The notes under the pieces are model-generated. The model was not told where the DNA came from. It was given only the letters and a program-made list of their open reading frames with translations, and did not search any database. A stretch of DNA of 64,000 nucleotides, taken from the IMG/VR virus record IMGVR_UViG_3300045592_000030; one strand, written 5' to 3'. A program made the translations under genes and the position numbers. Source of the DNA: a virus. Shown here in pieces: positions 14,534 through 24,347 of the stretch. The stretch's first letter is position 1; every line of letters begins with the position of its first letter.

Positions 14534-15829
14534 TCAGCGGAACGCAAGCGTATTGCCGTAGCTGTCAGTAAGCACATTGCCGTCATCATCAACAGCCGTA
14601 GCGAGCGGTTCTTTGAAGTCTCCGTACACATTCTCCGTATAGTCGGCATTAGCCGCTACATTCGTGATACCCAATGCAGTCAGTGGATAGGTAACATTCG
14701 CGCCGGTGCCAACTTCCTTGCCATCAGGATAAGCTTCCGATATTCCCGACCACACGAAATCGAAATAAGCGTCCGGGAATTCAAGCTCCACATCGCCGAA
14801 GCCAGTACCGAGCGTTGTTGACTTCGTTTTTATCTTCACCCCGTTGGTATGGTAGGTATCGGTAGGCAATGTGCCAGCCGTTATCAGCATGGACGGAGTA
14901 AAATCGGGTCTTGTGAACTTCGCCGACAAAGTAATATCAGCGAGCTTCACGTCCTTACCCTCTGCGTTTGTCTGATAAGCGACGACCTTAAACGAGCGCG
15001 ATGCAAACATACGTGCATCGATGGTCAGCGATGTCTTTGTCAGCTCCATCACGCCAAATTTCGGATCAATGGCAATCTCGTTGTCGTTGTCGTTAGGGTC
15101 AACGAGCTTCACCTTATAGTTGTCGGATTCTACCGGATTTGTACCACCTTTCAATGAGAAATGCCACGTATGCAGATAGCTGAACCTGTCGAGCACAATG
15201 TCCTCTGTATCAGTACCCACATCCATGCCACGTGAGCGTTTCCACTCGAACAGCAAGAGTTTATCCATAAAAGGATTGTAGAGAAAATTCAACGGGTCGA
15301 GACAAGACAGCGCATACTGGTCCATTCCCCTTGCTACCGTATTCAGTGTGAATTTCTTCGTAACGACGTGAACTTCCTGATTGGTACGCTTGTCAAGGAT
15401 GTAACCGTCAAAATAGACATCATACGATTCATTCTCCGGCACATTCTTCAACACCTTCAACATGCAACGCGTGTTGACACCTAAATTGGCATCATCTTTA
15501 CCTACGCGTTCAATCTCATACTCGTTAGCAGCAAAAACTTGCTCGATAGGCTTATTGTTCACCATCCAGTGCATCTTATCGCTGCTTGTGATTACGTCCG
15601 CATTGGTGTATGGCACTACATGGCCGTCGGCATCTTTCATTGAACCGTCGTTAGCGACGAGTGAAAGATCTGGCAGAATACAAGTCGGTGCAATCATGCG
15701 GTCGGGAAGATACTGCCCCGTCATGGAATCATAAACCTGCGTGAGCGGACTGGCCTTGCTCAGCACGCGCACACTGACCGCCATATTAAGCGGTTGAAAG
15801 TCTCTGTGTATTCGGTTGGTTAACTGCAT
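14534..15829 (-). CDS. Virion structural protein, function unknown
   Basis: 431-aa ORF tightly packed in the tail/baseplate operon. Confidence 0.6.
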   Translation of the reverse strand: MQLTNRIHRDFQPLNMAVSVRVLSKASPLTQVYDSMTGQYLPDRMIAPTCILPDLSLVANDGSMKDADGHVVPYTNADVITSSDKMHWMVNNKPIEQVFAANEYEIERVGKDDANLGVNTRCMLKVLKNVPENESYDVYFDGYILDKRTNQEVHVVTKKFTLNTVARGMDQYALSCLDPLNFLYNPFMDKLLLFEWKRSRGMDVGTDTEDIVLDRFSYLHTWHFSLKGGTNPVESDNYKVKLVDPNDNDNEIAIDPKFGVMELTKTSLTIDARMFASRSFKVVAYQTNAEGKDVKLADITLSAKFTRPDFTPSMLITAGTLPTDTYHTNGVKIKTKSTTLGTGFGDVELEFPDAYFDFVWSGISEAYPDGKEVGTGANVTYPLTALGITNVAANADYTENVYGDFKEPLATAVDDDGNVLTDSYGNTLAFR

Positions 15830-15841
15830 ATCTTTTGTATT

Positions 15842-17788
15842 TTATATTGCGATTGATTTTGTTGCGAGTACCGCGCTGTCTTTGTCGTATGCCTTGAAAG
15901 TGAACAGGGTAGAGAGTTCATCCATAGACAGATCATTGTCGCCATCCTTAAAGGAGATGTCAAACCCTACATACTTACGCTGTCCGTCCTCTGTAGTCTT
16001 GATGGTCGGCGTGTTGTTGAATGCCACCACCTTTGCTTCCTGCTGCCAGGCAGCATCATTAGTAGCGTCGCCACTATCCCGCGTTACCGACCACTTCACG
16101 GCCTTCTCCGTGAAATCATCGAAACCGCGCGTAAGGAAGATGCGCAACGGAGCGGTCTCGCCAAAGTCGAGTGTTTCGGAAAAAGTGTTCTCTATCTCCA
16201 TCCTTACGGCGAGCTTCTCTATCTGCTTGATGGTGCCCGACATGTAGATATTTTCGAGATAGATGGAATATCCCGTCATGTCAAGTCCATAGACTTTCAA
16301 ATTGTCAAGATCGCCCTCCTGCATGGCGATGTTCGCTACCTGGAACTCCCATGTATTGACATTAACAAGCATACGCTCGTAGCGCAAGGTAGAGTACCGG
16401 CTGCTCTGGCGGTCTTTGTTCGTGAAGTTACCGTAACAGACAAAGTGCATATAAGCCGACGGATGCTTAGAGAATGTCCCGTCGGAATATTCCCTCAGTG
16501 CGTATCTGAATGAAGAATTAGTTGCCGTCTCCATTATCTCCGTAATACGAAAATAGCAAGTATAGAAACCGCTGAAACGAAAGTTACCCTTGTAGTCATC
16601 GTAATCATCAGTTGAATTGTTGGCTGTATTGTTGTCGTGGAAGATACCCATGCAAATATCATCGACTGCGATCTTACCGATTTCACCCTCTTCAAGTTTC
16701 AGATACACGGTACCCGTATTAGCCGTTGTCCCGGCGCTGTTGGTGTCTGGAACAACCGTCTTGACGATACCTGCACCCGGCGCACGCCACTGGTTGCCGA
16801 CAAAGACTTCTACGCGGTTGTATCTTAATTCGGGAACTTCGATAAAACGGCGTAAGGTAAGACTATCGCCCTGCATGGCACCATCCTTGCCGAACTTAAT
16901 ACCGAAGCCCGTCATGCCATCGGAAAAACCCTGCTCGCCAATGACAATATCGCTCAGAAAATCAGCATTGCCATGAGTCTTTGATTTGCCCGTTACCTCG
17001 GTTTCACCTATGGTGAGCTTGTGAAGTGTGGCATCATCTTTTGTCTTGCTCAGATATTCTTTCTCTCCATGATCTGAAACATACTCAGGCGTAACGACAT
17101 CGGTTTCAGAGTCGGAAGAAGTCTTAGGATATTCAGCAACGCCCGTGAGCAGTTTGCCACCAAGGAAAAGCTTTGAAACAGTGGCTATCTTTGCCGTGAT
17201 ATTATCAAAAACAGCCTTTGCAATCGTCTTGATGAATGTAACCGTATCATCCACCGATGAATATTTCCACCAGGTATCAATACCACCGGCGGCAATGGCT
17301 TCGTCGGAAGAGAGCGAACCGCAATCGACGCGCTGCGTCCATGAACGCATCTGCGTAGTACCGTCCGTAGCGACGCTGGCAGAGATGATACCCTGCAAGA
17401 AAACGAAATAATAACCCTCAACGCCTATCTGCTCGCCATTGGCATTCTTGCCATAAAGGTCTATCTTCTCCGATGGATAGACGATTTGCGCATAAGCGTT
17501 GACAGCCTCCGACTTAGGGATGGCGGCATAGACGTACTTAGGCGTTGATGTGTTGAAATATGTCGGTGCCACGGCTAAAGGCCACCGGCGGTAGTTGTGT
17601 CCGGCATCGAAGGAAAGTCCGTCGATGCCACGCATGTAGCACATGATGACCGCACCGCTCGACACATTGCCCTGCAAGTAATCAGGCTGGCCCATTGCAT
17701 TGAGCGTGATGTAGAGTGCATCCGGCGCAATCCAATAGTTTTCGGGTCGCGCATCGGTCATCTGGTATGTCGTCGTTTCGTCTGCCAT
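15842..17788 (-). CDS. Virion structural protein, function unknown
   Basis: 648-aa ORF, first gene after late promoter copy 2. Confidence 0.6.
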   Translation of the reverse strand: MADETTTYQMTDARPENYWIAPDALYITLNAMGQPDYLQGNVSSGAVIMCYMRGIDGLSFDAGHNYRRWPLAVAPTYFNTSTPKYVYAAIPKSEAVNAYAQIVYPSEKIDLYGKNANGEQIGVEGYYFVFLQGIISASVATDGTTQMRSWTQRVDCGSLSSDEAIAAGGIDTWWKYSSVDDTVTFIKTIAKAVFDNITAKIATVSKLFLGGKLLTGVAEYPKTSSDSETDVVTPEYVSDHGEKEYLSKTKDDATLHKLTIGETEVTGKSKTHGNADFLSDIVIGEQGFSDGMTGFGIKFGKDGAMQGDSLTLRRFIEVPELRYNRVEVFVGNQWRAPGAGIVKTVVPDTNSAGTTANTGTVYLKLEEGEIGKIAVDDICMGIFHDNNTANNSTDDYDDYKGNFRFSGFYTCYFRITEIMETATNSSFRYALREYSDGTFSKHPSAYMHFVCYGNFTNKDRQSSRYSTLRYERMLVNVNTWEFQVANIAMQEGDLDNLKVYGLDMTGYSIYLENIYMSGTIKQIEKLAVRMEIENTFSETLDFGETAPLRIFLTRGFDDFTEKAVKWSVTRDSGDATNDAAWQQEAKVVAFNNTPTIKTTEDGQRKYVGFDISFKDGDNDLSMDELSTLFTFKAYDKDSAVLATKSIAI

Positions 17789-17806
17789 TTTCTCTTTTGT
17801 TTACTC

Positions 17807-17841
17807 CAAATATAGCAAATGACAGACGGAACTTAGGGACA
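17807..17841 (-). promoter_or_regulatory. Late-promoter-like motif copy 2 (TGTCCCTAA-N18-TATATTTG)
   Basis: ttagggaca 17833-17841 and caaatata 17807-17814, with an 18-nt spacer. Lies 19 nt upstream of ATG 17788. Confidence 0.6.
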
Positions 17842-17850
17842 GGGGGAAAG

Positions 17851-18879
17851 TCAGACTTTCAGCGAAGGCGAGCCGTTCAAGTCGAAAATCACACTAAACT
17901 GCACGTCCATCACATCGTGAGCATGACGGTTGAGAGCCGAAACGCTGTCATCAGGCGACACCACACAAGGAAGCCAGTTTCCGGACACCAACATCCAAGC
18001 GTGCTCAGTCATCAGAAAGTCGTGCATCACCCATTGCTGCCAGTCGTCATCGAGCGGCCCCGTGCTCATCTTCCACGTCTCCACATCATTCTGTTTCTTG
18101 ATGAGACGACGCGAGAATCTGTTGAATGTCTCACGATTGGCCAACAAATAGTTATTTTTCGTGATAGCAACCGTCGTCTCCCTTAAACCCATTGCCGAAA
18201 ACGACTCCATCACTCCAAATCGGTTAATGAAACGGAACTGATAGCGGTCGCGCTGTGCTGGCATCACATAAACACTACGTCCGCCCAACGTGCGCAATCC
18301 CGCCGGATTGTCCTTATCGATGACAACGGGGTAGGGTAGCGACCGCGGCCCTGCCGTAATGTTGGCTATCGTGGCCGACATATCGTTTGGCAGAATATAC
18401 GTATCACCATCACAGAGCAATTCGGGATGCGATGTCGGCTTGCGCGTGAAGTGAAGCGCGTCGCGCGAGGCTGATGAGAGCAAACGGTCTAAGTCAGAAT
18501 AGCCACCAAGCAAAGCCCGTCCGCCCGTATCGGTAACAATGCCAACATTCTCATGCACCTCACCATTCTGCATGTATTCGTCCCATGCTTTCAGCGTGAA
18601 AGAGATGTAAGGATAGTTGGCTGGAGCCGTAGCCTCGTATTGATAGGTGGAAGCAACAGCACGCAAAGCGGAGCTGATGTCGATCTGCACCGTCTCACCG
18701 CTATCGACTGGTGAGTGCAATACATAATCGACATAGCTACCGCCTTGCAGCCCTGCTGATACCTGCAACATAACGTTGTGAAAACTCACGGTGCCCGTTA
18801 CATCGCTGGCTGTTACGTTATATACTATCGGCGTATCGACAAAAGGCGAAGCCGACAAAAGGGATATAGTCTTTGCCAT
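17851..18879 (-). CDS. Virion structural protein, function unknown
   Basis: 342-aa ORF in the structural operon. Confidence 0.6.
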   Translation of the reverse strand: MAKTISLLSASPFVDTPIVYNVTASDVTGTVSFHNVMLQVSAGLQGGSYVDYVLHSPVDSGETVQIDISSALRAVASTYQYEATAPANYPYISFTLKAWDEYMQNGEVHENVGIVTDTGGRALLGGYSDLDRLLSSASRDALHFTRKPTSHPELLCDGDTYILPNDMSATIANITAGPRSLPYPVVIDKDNPAGLRTLGGRSVYVMPAQRDRYQFRFINRFGVMESFSAMGLRETTVAITKNNYLLANRETFNRFSRRLIKKQNDVETWKMSTGPLDDDWQQWVMHDFLMTEHAWMLVSGNWLPCVVSPDDSVSALNRHAHDVMDVQFSVIFDLNGSPSLKV

Positions 18880-18882
18880 AGT

Positions 18883-21597
18883 TTATGAAGCATAAAAAGT
18901 TATCTTTGCCTCCGTAATACCCGTTTCCGCGCTGATAGTGTAGCTCACCTTATCTATATAGCCCACCATACCGTTGATACGGTAGCGTTGCATCCAGTGG
19001 TTAGGAATGTCAGCTATCTGTGCTGCCGTTACCTGGCACGTTACGATGAACTTCTTGCGATTCAGCACGAAATGCGCATATTCAGAGATAAACGAGTCGA
19101 ACAATCCACGTGAGCGTATCTTCATCGTTACATCGCCCGTCTTTGCATCGACGACATCATTATCACAGATAGGGCTTTTTGCCCACGACGGTTGTTTCCA
19201 TGCCCGTATTTTCAGTGCGAAACGCTCATCACCTCCTATGCCATCCAGCTTTCCGTTGTAATCATAGACGTTGGCCATGTTATCCATCGTGTCAGACGAC
19301 ATCGCATATTTTCCTGCCACGGTGCGCCACTTGCTGTTGCCAAAGCCATCATAGTCATAATCATAGCTCTGCACATCAGCATCGGCACCACCACCACGCA
19401 TCAAGGTCAGGTCGAAGCCCCACAATGAATCGCTCTGCAAAGGCGAATTGCCGTCATCGGTCTTTGTCGGATCATAGCTCTCGATGAGATTCAATTCCTC
19501 TGTCAGATAGAAATCAGCCAGTCCCTCAGAGAACGTATTACGGATTTTCTGCGTAACAAACTCATGTTCCATATCATCGTCGATGAATACTGCCATCATC
19601 GGTTTGGCATCGTCGGCATTGATATTGTTGGCCTTGTAGGTACCCGTATCGTCCTGGTAAGTGTTGCCAAAACTGTTAACATAGATAAGTTCGTTGTGAT
19701 AGTTCACATCGTTAAACTCCACGGGGGTAAAGCCTATCTTGCGCTCCTCGATAAAATCGTTGTTCAGTTCCGAGCAATCGCCTAATTCTACACCATGAAA
19801 CTGCCCCACCTCAAACAATCGCGGCTGCAACTCACTGGCTTGCGTCGCGTCCTTATCCACCTTGATACGATAAACATTGCCAGTGCGCCGGTCAATGTAA
19901 CAATTGTGGTCGCCCGCACTAAGATTGCGGAAGAAATCAGTGTAGGTCTTATCCGTTACGGTATGATCCTGCGGATAATCGATATAATCGTAGGTCGTAT
20001 CGTAGTCGGGCTTACCATCCGTTATGTTCTTTTGCTGTTCACGGTCGCTGCTCTCCTTAGAATAAATCATACGGAAGCCCGTAATCTTCTCGCTGATTTT
20101 ATTCATCGAGATAATCTGTCCGACAAAATCAATCGGTGTTTCCTGTGAACGGAATATGTTGCGCACAAGATAAGCCGTTACCCGTTTCTTCTCATAATCA
20201 TAGCTGAAACGGATGCCAAAAGCGGCCTCCAATGCGTCGAGCACTTCCTGTACCGACGTATCAGGCAGACAATAGCTGTTGGCATACATACCCATTACAT
20301 TGGCCGTAATGGTACTCGACTTAATCTTTGCGGTGATTTTAATCTCCTTTACCTTGTCAACGCCCACCTGAATATGCGATGTTTTCCACGTCTTAGACGA
20401 AGTATCATACTGATACCAGTCGCACGAATCGACGCTTTTATTTTCGGTGTCCTCCAAGTAGAGCTTACCGCCACATCCTCGGCTGTCGAGCCATGCCTGT
20501 ATCTCATCGATATTCGAGAAATACGGCTGATAAGAAGAAATCTGCTTTCCTGTCTCGCCATCAGTGTAAACGGTCGCACCCTGACTGTCGAGCGACACAC
20601 TCGTACCATGAATGACCCGCTCATCATACTTACAGCGCGTCGTGAAGAAACAAAGGCGCGAGAAATCGCCAACGGCCAACAATGCCGACTTATCAAACGT
20701 TACACCTAAATATTCAAAGAGCTTATCAAGGAAGTGCAAGACATAGAAACACACGCCCGACTGCTGGCGGTCGGCATCGAGTACCCAATACGGCGATTTG
20801 TCCTCCCACTGGTTTTTGCTGTCCTTTGCCGGAACAATATCAGAGGAAGTCTTACCATCGTCGTTTAAAGCATGATGACGATAACAGACACGTGCATTGA
20901 CATACTTTGCACCGTCGGAATAGGTCTTATCCGTATTGATGTAACTTGTATCGACTTTTGGAATGATGACTGAATGGCCGTTAGGATAATCCCGCTGCGA
21001 TGCTTTCACGGCTACCTGCTTGCCCGACACGACACATTTACCAGAAAAAGAAAAGCCTAAAGCCTGCGGATTACATGAAGCCGTGGTCTTGCGGTTGGTA
21101 GCCCAATAATCGGCATCTTTCTTTTTGCCCTTGTACTTCACATACACATGATAGTCGTAAGTGATTTCGGCCTTCACGTCGCCTATCTTCTCACCAATGA
21201 GAATATCATCTCCCATCGGCACATCTCGGCATTTCAACTGTCCGATAAGGTCAGAGAAACTATGCTCGTTGGCATCGATATTCATACTGAGCTTATCATC
21301 CACTTCCTCGTCGTCCTGCATCACAAGCGTACCACTGCGAAACGGCATACCGTCCACAAGAATACGCGCCGGAAGATGCTCTAATGATACCGGCCGCAAA
21401 TCGCTGTAAGCATCCTCAATATTCTTCACCACGGCACGGTTGCCGTCGAGCGGCATCTCCACGGGATAAGTGAACATCTCACTCTCATGGAACAGCTGGT
21501 TCTGATCTTCTATAGAGATAGAGGCATCCTCCTTGAGCGTCAGGTCGTGCAACGCCCCGTCCTTGGTCTGTACCTGTATGTTAAGATGACTGTGCAT
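18883..21597 (-). CDS. Large virion structural protein (baseplate/tail hub candidate)
   Basis: 904-aa ORF. Call rests on size and position only. Confidence 0.6.
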   Translation of the reverse strand: MHSHLNIQVQTKDGALHDLTLKEDASISIEDQNQLFHESEMFTYPVEMPLDGNRAVVKNIEDAYSDLRPVSLEHLPARILVDGMPFRSGTLVMQDDEEVDDKLSMNIDANEHSFSDLIGQLKCRDVPMGDDILIGEKIGDVKAEITYDYHVYVKYKGKKKDADYWATNRKTTASCNPQALGFSFSGKCVVSGKQVAVKASQRDYPNGHSVIIPKVDTSYINTDKTYSDGAKYVNARVCYRHHALNDDGKTSSDIVPAKDSKNQWEDKSPYWVLDADRQQSGVCFYVLHFLDKLFEYLGVTFDKSALLAVGDFSRLCFFTTRCKYDERVIHGTSVSLDSQGATVYTDGETGKQISSYQPYFSNIDEIQAWLDSRGCGGKLYLEDTENKSVDSCDWYQYDTSSKTWKTSHIQVGVDKVKEIKITAKIKSSTITANVMGMYANSYCLPDTSVQEVLDALEAAFGIRFSYDYEKKRVTAYLVRNIFRSQETPIDFVGQIISMNKISEKITGFRMIYSKESSDREQQKNITDGKPDYDTTYDYIDYPQDHTVTDKTYTDFFRNLSAGDHNCYIDRRTGNVYRIKVDKDATQASELQPRLFEVGQFHGVELGDCSELNNDFIEERKIGFTPVEFNDVNYHNELIYVNSFGNTYQDDTGTYKANNINADDAKPMMAVFIDDDMEHEFVTQKIRNTFSEGLADFYLTEELNLIESYDPTKTDDGNSPLQSDSLWGFDLTLMRGGGADADVQSYDYDYDGFGNSKWRTVAGKYAMSSDTMDNMANVYDYNGKLDGIGGDERFALKIRAWKQPSWAKSPICDNDVVDAKTGDVTMKIRSRGLFDSFISEYAHFVLNRKKFIVTCQVTAAQIADIPNHWMQRYRINGMVGYIDKVSYTISAETGITEAKITFYAS

Positions 21598-21602
21598 AAA
21601 TA

Positions 21603-22265
21603 CTATTTTTCCTTATTGTATTTTTCGTAATAGGATGATGACGGTGCCAGCAAACGGCTCTCATCATCGAGTTCTACATGATAGGACGTAGTGCCGAACA
21701 CCATGCTATGATAGGCACGGATAGACTCGTGGCCAAAGTCGAAACAAATGCCATCTCGAATGATGACCGATGCATTGTTGTGAGTCTCAAAAGCATTCCA
21801 CGACTCCGCCCTGCTGTAATCATAACCCTTGCCATAGCCCTTTTTGAGCAATCCGTAGCTACTGCCGTATAAGTGGACATGCGAGAAGTCAGCCCGACAA
21901 TGTATCTCTGCCTTATCGTAGGCATCGACATCCGACGGAGCAAGAATAAAAACCTTTGGCTTACCATGAAGAACAAGCGTTTGTCCCGGATTATCGACGA
22001 ATACGAAACCATGCTCAGAAGGCTCGTTGTAGAATACGTCGGCAGCATGGAAATCAGCCTCGTGCCCATTGAACCACTGCCCGAAATAACGGCAAAAGAG
22101 ATGATAGAAACCACCGTCGTACACCCAATCCCAATTGTTGTACATCACGCGCAACATCTGGGTATAGCTCTCCGAGGCCATCATCTGCCGGTAGCCATCA
22201 ACACACGCATGGTTCTCGTGTGCTGCCTTGCGTATCTGTTTTTTGAAAGTATCAAAGTCTATCAT
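21603..22265 (-). CDS. Hypothetical structural-module protein
   Basis: 220-aa ORF, tightly packed. Confidence 0.55.
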   Translation of the reverse strand: MIDFDTFKKQIRKAAHENHACVDGYRQMMASESYTQMLRVMYNNWDWVYDGGFYHLFCRYFGQWFNGHEADFHAADVFYNEPSEHGFVFVDNPGQTLVLHGKPKVFILAPSDVDAYDKAEIHCRADFSHVHLYGSSYGLLKKGYGKGYDYSRAESWNAFETHNNASVIIRDGICFDFGHESIRAYHSMVFGTTSYHVELDDESRLLAPSSSYYEKYNKEK

Positions 22266-22267
22266 TG

Positions 22268-23272
22268 TTACTTGCTCCTTATCTTTTCCATTTCCTCATT
22301 CTGCTGTGCCATATACTCCATGTGCTGCAAGACAATGTGGAAGTTCTGCTGATTGACCGACTGCTCGTCGAGTCCCAAATATTTCTCCATCGTGGCCACG
22401 GTGCGCGTATAGAGTTCAAGCGGGGTGGAGCGGTGCCCGTCGTCGGTACTCTGCCGTTTGAAGCACCTCGGATAACGCTGCCCAAGATAGTGCATCATGC
22501 CCGACCACCAAAGCAAGACAACCTGCCACCGCACGGGGCTGAAATGGGAGAAGTCTTTCCAGTTCGTTATCGGTTGGTCGGGACGGAAAGCGAAATCGTG
22601 CTCCTTGATACCGCTCTGCTCGTTGACATAGCGCACACGACGGTTATAGATAGTGGCTAAAAACTGTGCCATTGCCTTTCTTACGAGCTTCTCCTGCGCT
22701 GCAATTGCTTTCACGTCATAGGTGCGACGATGCTTCATCATACGCACCAGCTCATTGCTGCAATGCACATACCACTCCATGAAGTCCTGTGCAAAACGAT
22801 ACCGCTGCCATGTGAAATCCTGCATCAGTGTGGCGGGTCCATCGTAGATATGGCGGTGGGGAAATGGATATAACGTCCACTTCTTGTAAGTTGGATAGAC
22901 AAAATTTGTCAATCCATTGCCTTTCTCATCATCTATCCATTTAAGATTATCCTCGACGAATGAATGTAATTGCCACAAGTATAAAGAAAATGTTTGTTCG
23001 TCGCCGTGTATCTTACAGACATAATATTTATGTAATAAGGCATCATCGGACGTATCATCCGCTTTTTCGTCTTGCTTAGTGGATAAAACATCTATATTGG
23101 CCAATGCAAGAAAGATATTACATTTAGTCTCGAACATGGTAGACACATTCGCGGTCGCAAAGATCAACGACTGCCCGACAAAAACGGCAGCAATCGTTTC
23201 CAGTTGTTCACGGCTGCAAAAGTTCCATGCCCGTGGTATCTGAATATCTATCTTTCTCGGCGGTGTAAACAT
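22268..23272 (-). CDS. Hypothetical structural-module protein
   Basis: Track ORF starts at TTG 23281. The first ATG is at 23272. Confidence 0.55.
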   Translation of the reverse strand: MFTPPRKIDIQIPRAWNFCSREQLETIAAVFVGQSLIFATANVSTMFETKCNIFLALANIDVLSTKQDEKADDTSDDALLHKYYVCKIHGDEQTFSLYLWQLHSFVEDNLKWIDDEKGNGLTNFVYPTYKKWTLYPFPHRHIYDGPATLMQDFTWQRYRFAQDFMEWYVHCSNELVRMMKHRRTYDVKAIAAQEKLVRKAMAQFLATIYNRRVRYVNEQSGIKEHDFAFRPDQPITNWKDFSHFSPVRWQVVLLWWSGMMHYLGQRYPRCFKRQSTDDGHRSTPLELYTRTVATMEKYLGLDEQSVNQQNFHIVLQHMEYMAQQNEEMEKIRSK

Positions 23273-23288
23273 AACGTCCAACTAATTG

Positions 23289-24329
23289 TTAATTCATGCC
23301 CGGTAAAACGAACATAACATTTCCCGGATCGTTGTTTCTGAACTCTGGCTGCGCGTCGCAATCGCACGTATCGGATTTCTCGTACCAAGGTGCGAGCTTG
23401 ACCGATGCAGATATAACGTCCATCTTTTCGAGTTCGTCCTGATGGATGCGGCAATACTCCACGGCGGCATTGATGTGCCGCTCGCCCTCGGTATGGGCAA
23501 TGATTTTTCTGTCCTTGCTGACAGTGATAATACTCGTGCGTTCCTCAAGGTATGCGGCAAGACAGCGACTCAAACGGCTTATCAGCGTGCATAACGTCTT
23601 ATCGTCGGTACCCTTCACGGCTATGCGGCAAAGATCGTTGCAGAAGTCCTCTCCTATCAGGGGAGCTATCTGCTCGTCCTGTATATACCGTATGTCGGGA
23701 AGCATGGAAATGAACTTTTCACGGTTGCCGTAGATGTCAAGATACTGCTGCAATACGGTTGCCGACGGTATCAGCACGTCGGCTGCAAGAAAGTAGTAAC
23801 GGCTCTCCTGCCATGCCTCGCAAATGTCGGATGCTTCCTTCTGTGCGTCGGTCATTGCCGTGGGGTCTGTAATAGCAGCATGATCGCGGCAAAGTTCCTC
23901 GAGGTATTCAAGTATCTGGTTGATGCAGATGCGTGTCTCCTTTAAGCACGTATTCTTGAAAAGGTCGAGCATGTCTTTTGTTGGCGTGCCGTAGTCGTCG
24001 GCTGTTGCCACGTTCACTCCCATGTTGCTCAGACTGACTGCCTGAACGCCGATGGCCCGCGACATGGCATCGAAGGCCACGGTGCGCTGGCAAAGGGCAA
24101 TGAGATGTGTCATCGGATTCTGCTCGTTGTTGTTGGCCATGTCGGAAAGATAGGTTTTCACATCGAGCGACTTGTAGGCTTTCACGAGCTGCGTGTAAAG
24201 CTTACGTCCTAACTTATCAACCAAAAGTTCATGCTCACTGTTGTTGATGAACCCGGCCAACGGTCTTACGTCGTCAAGGGCATGTGCCGGAAAAGCCAGT
24301 TTTAATTCGTCTATCGTTGTTATGATCAT
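23289..24329 (-). CDS. Hypothetical structural-module protein
   Basis: 346-aa ORF directly downstream of the portal candidate. Confidence 0.55.
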   Translation of the reverse strand: MIITTIDELKLAFPAHALDDVRPLAGFINNSEHELLVDKLGRKLYTQLVKAYKSLDVKTYLSDMANNNEQNPMTHLIALCQRTVAFDAMSRAIGVQAVSLSNMGVNVATADDYGTPTKDMLDLFKNTCLKETRICINQILEYLEELCRDHAAITDPTAMTDAQKEASDICEAWQESRYYFLAADVLIPSATVLQQYLDIYGNREKFISMLPDIRYIQDEQIAPLIGEDFCNDLCRIAVKGTDDKTLCTLISRLSRCLAAYLEERTSIITVSKDRKIIAHTEGERHINAAVEYCRIHQDELEKMDVISASVKLAPWYEKSDTCDCDAQPEFRNNDPGNVMFVLPGMN

Positions 24330-24347
24330 CGTCGTAGGTGTTAATGG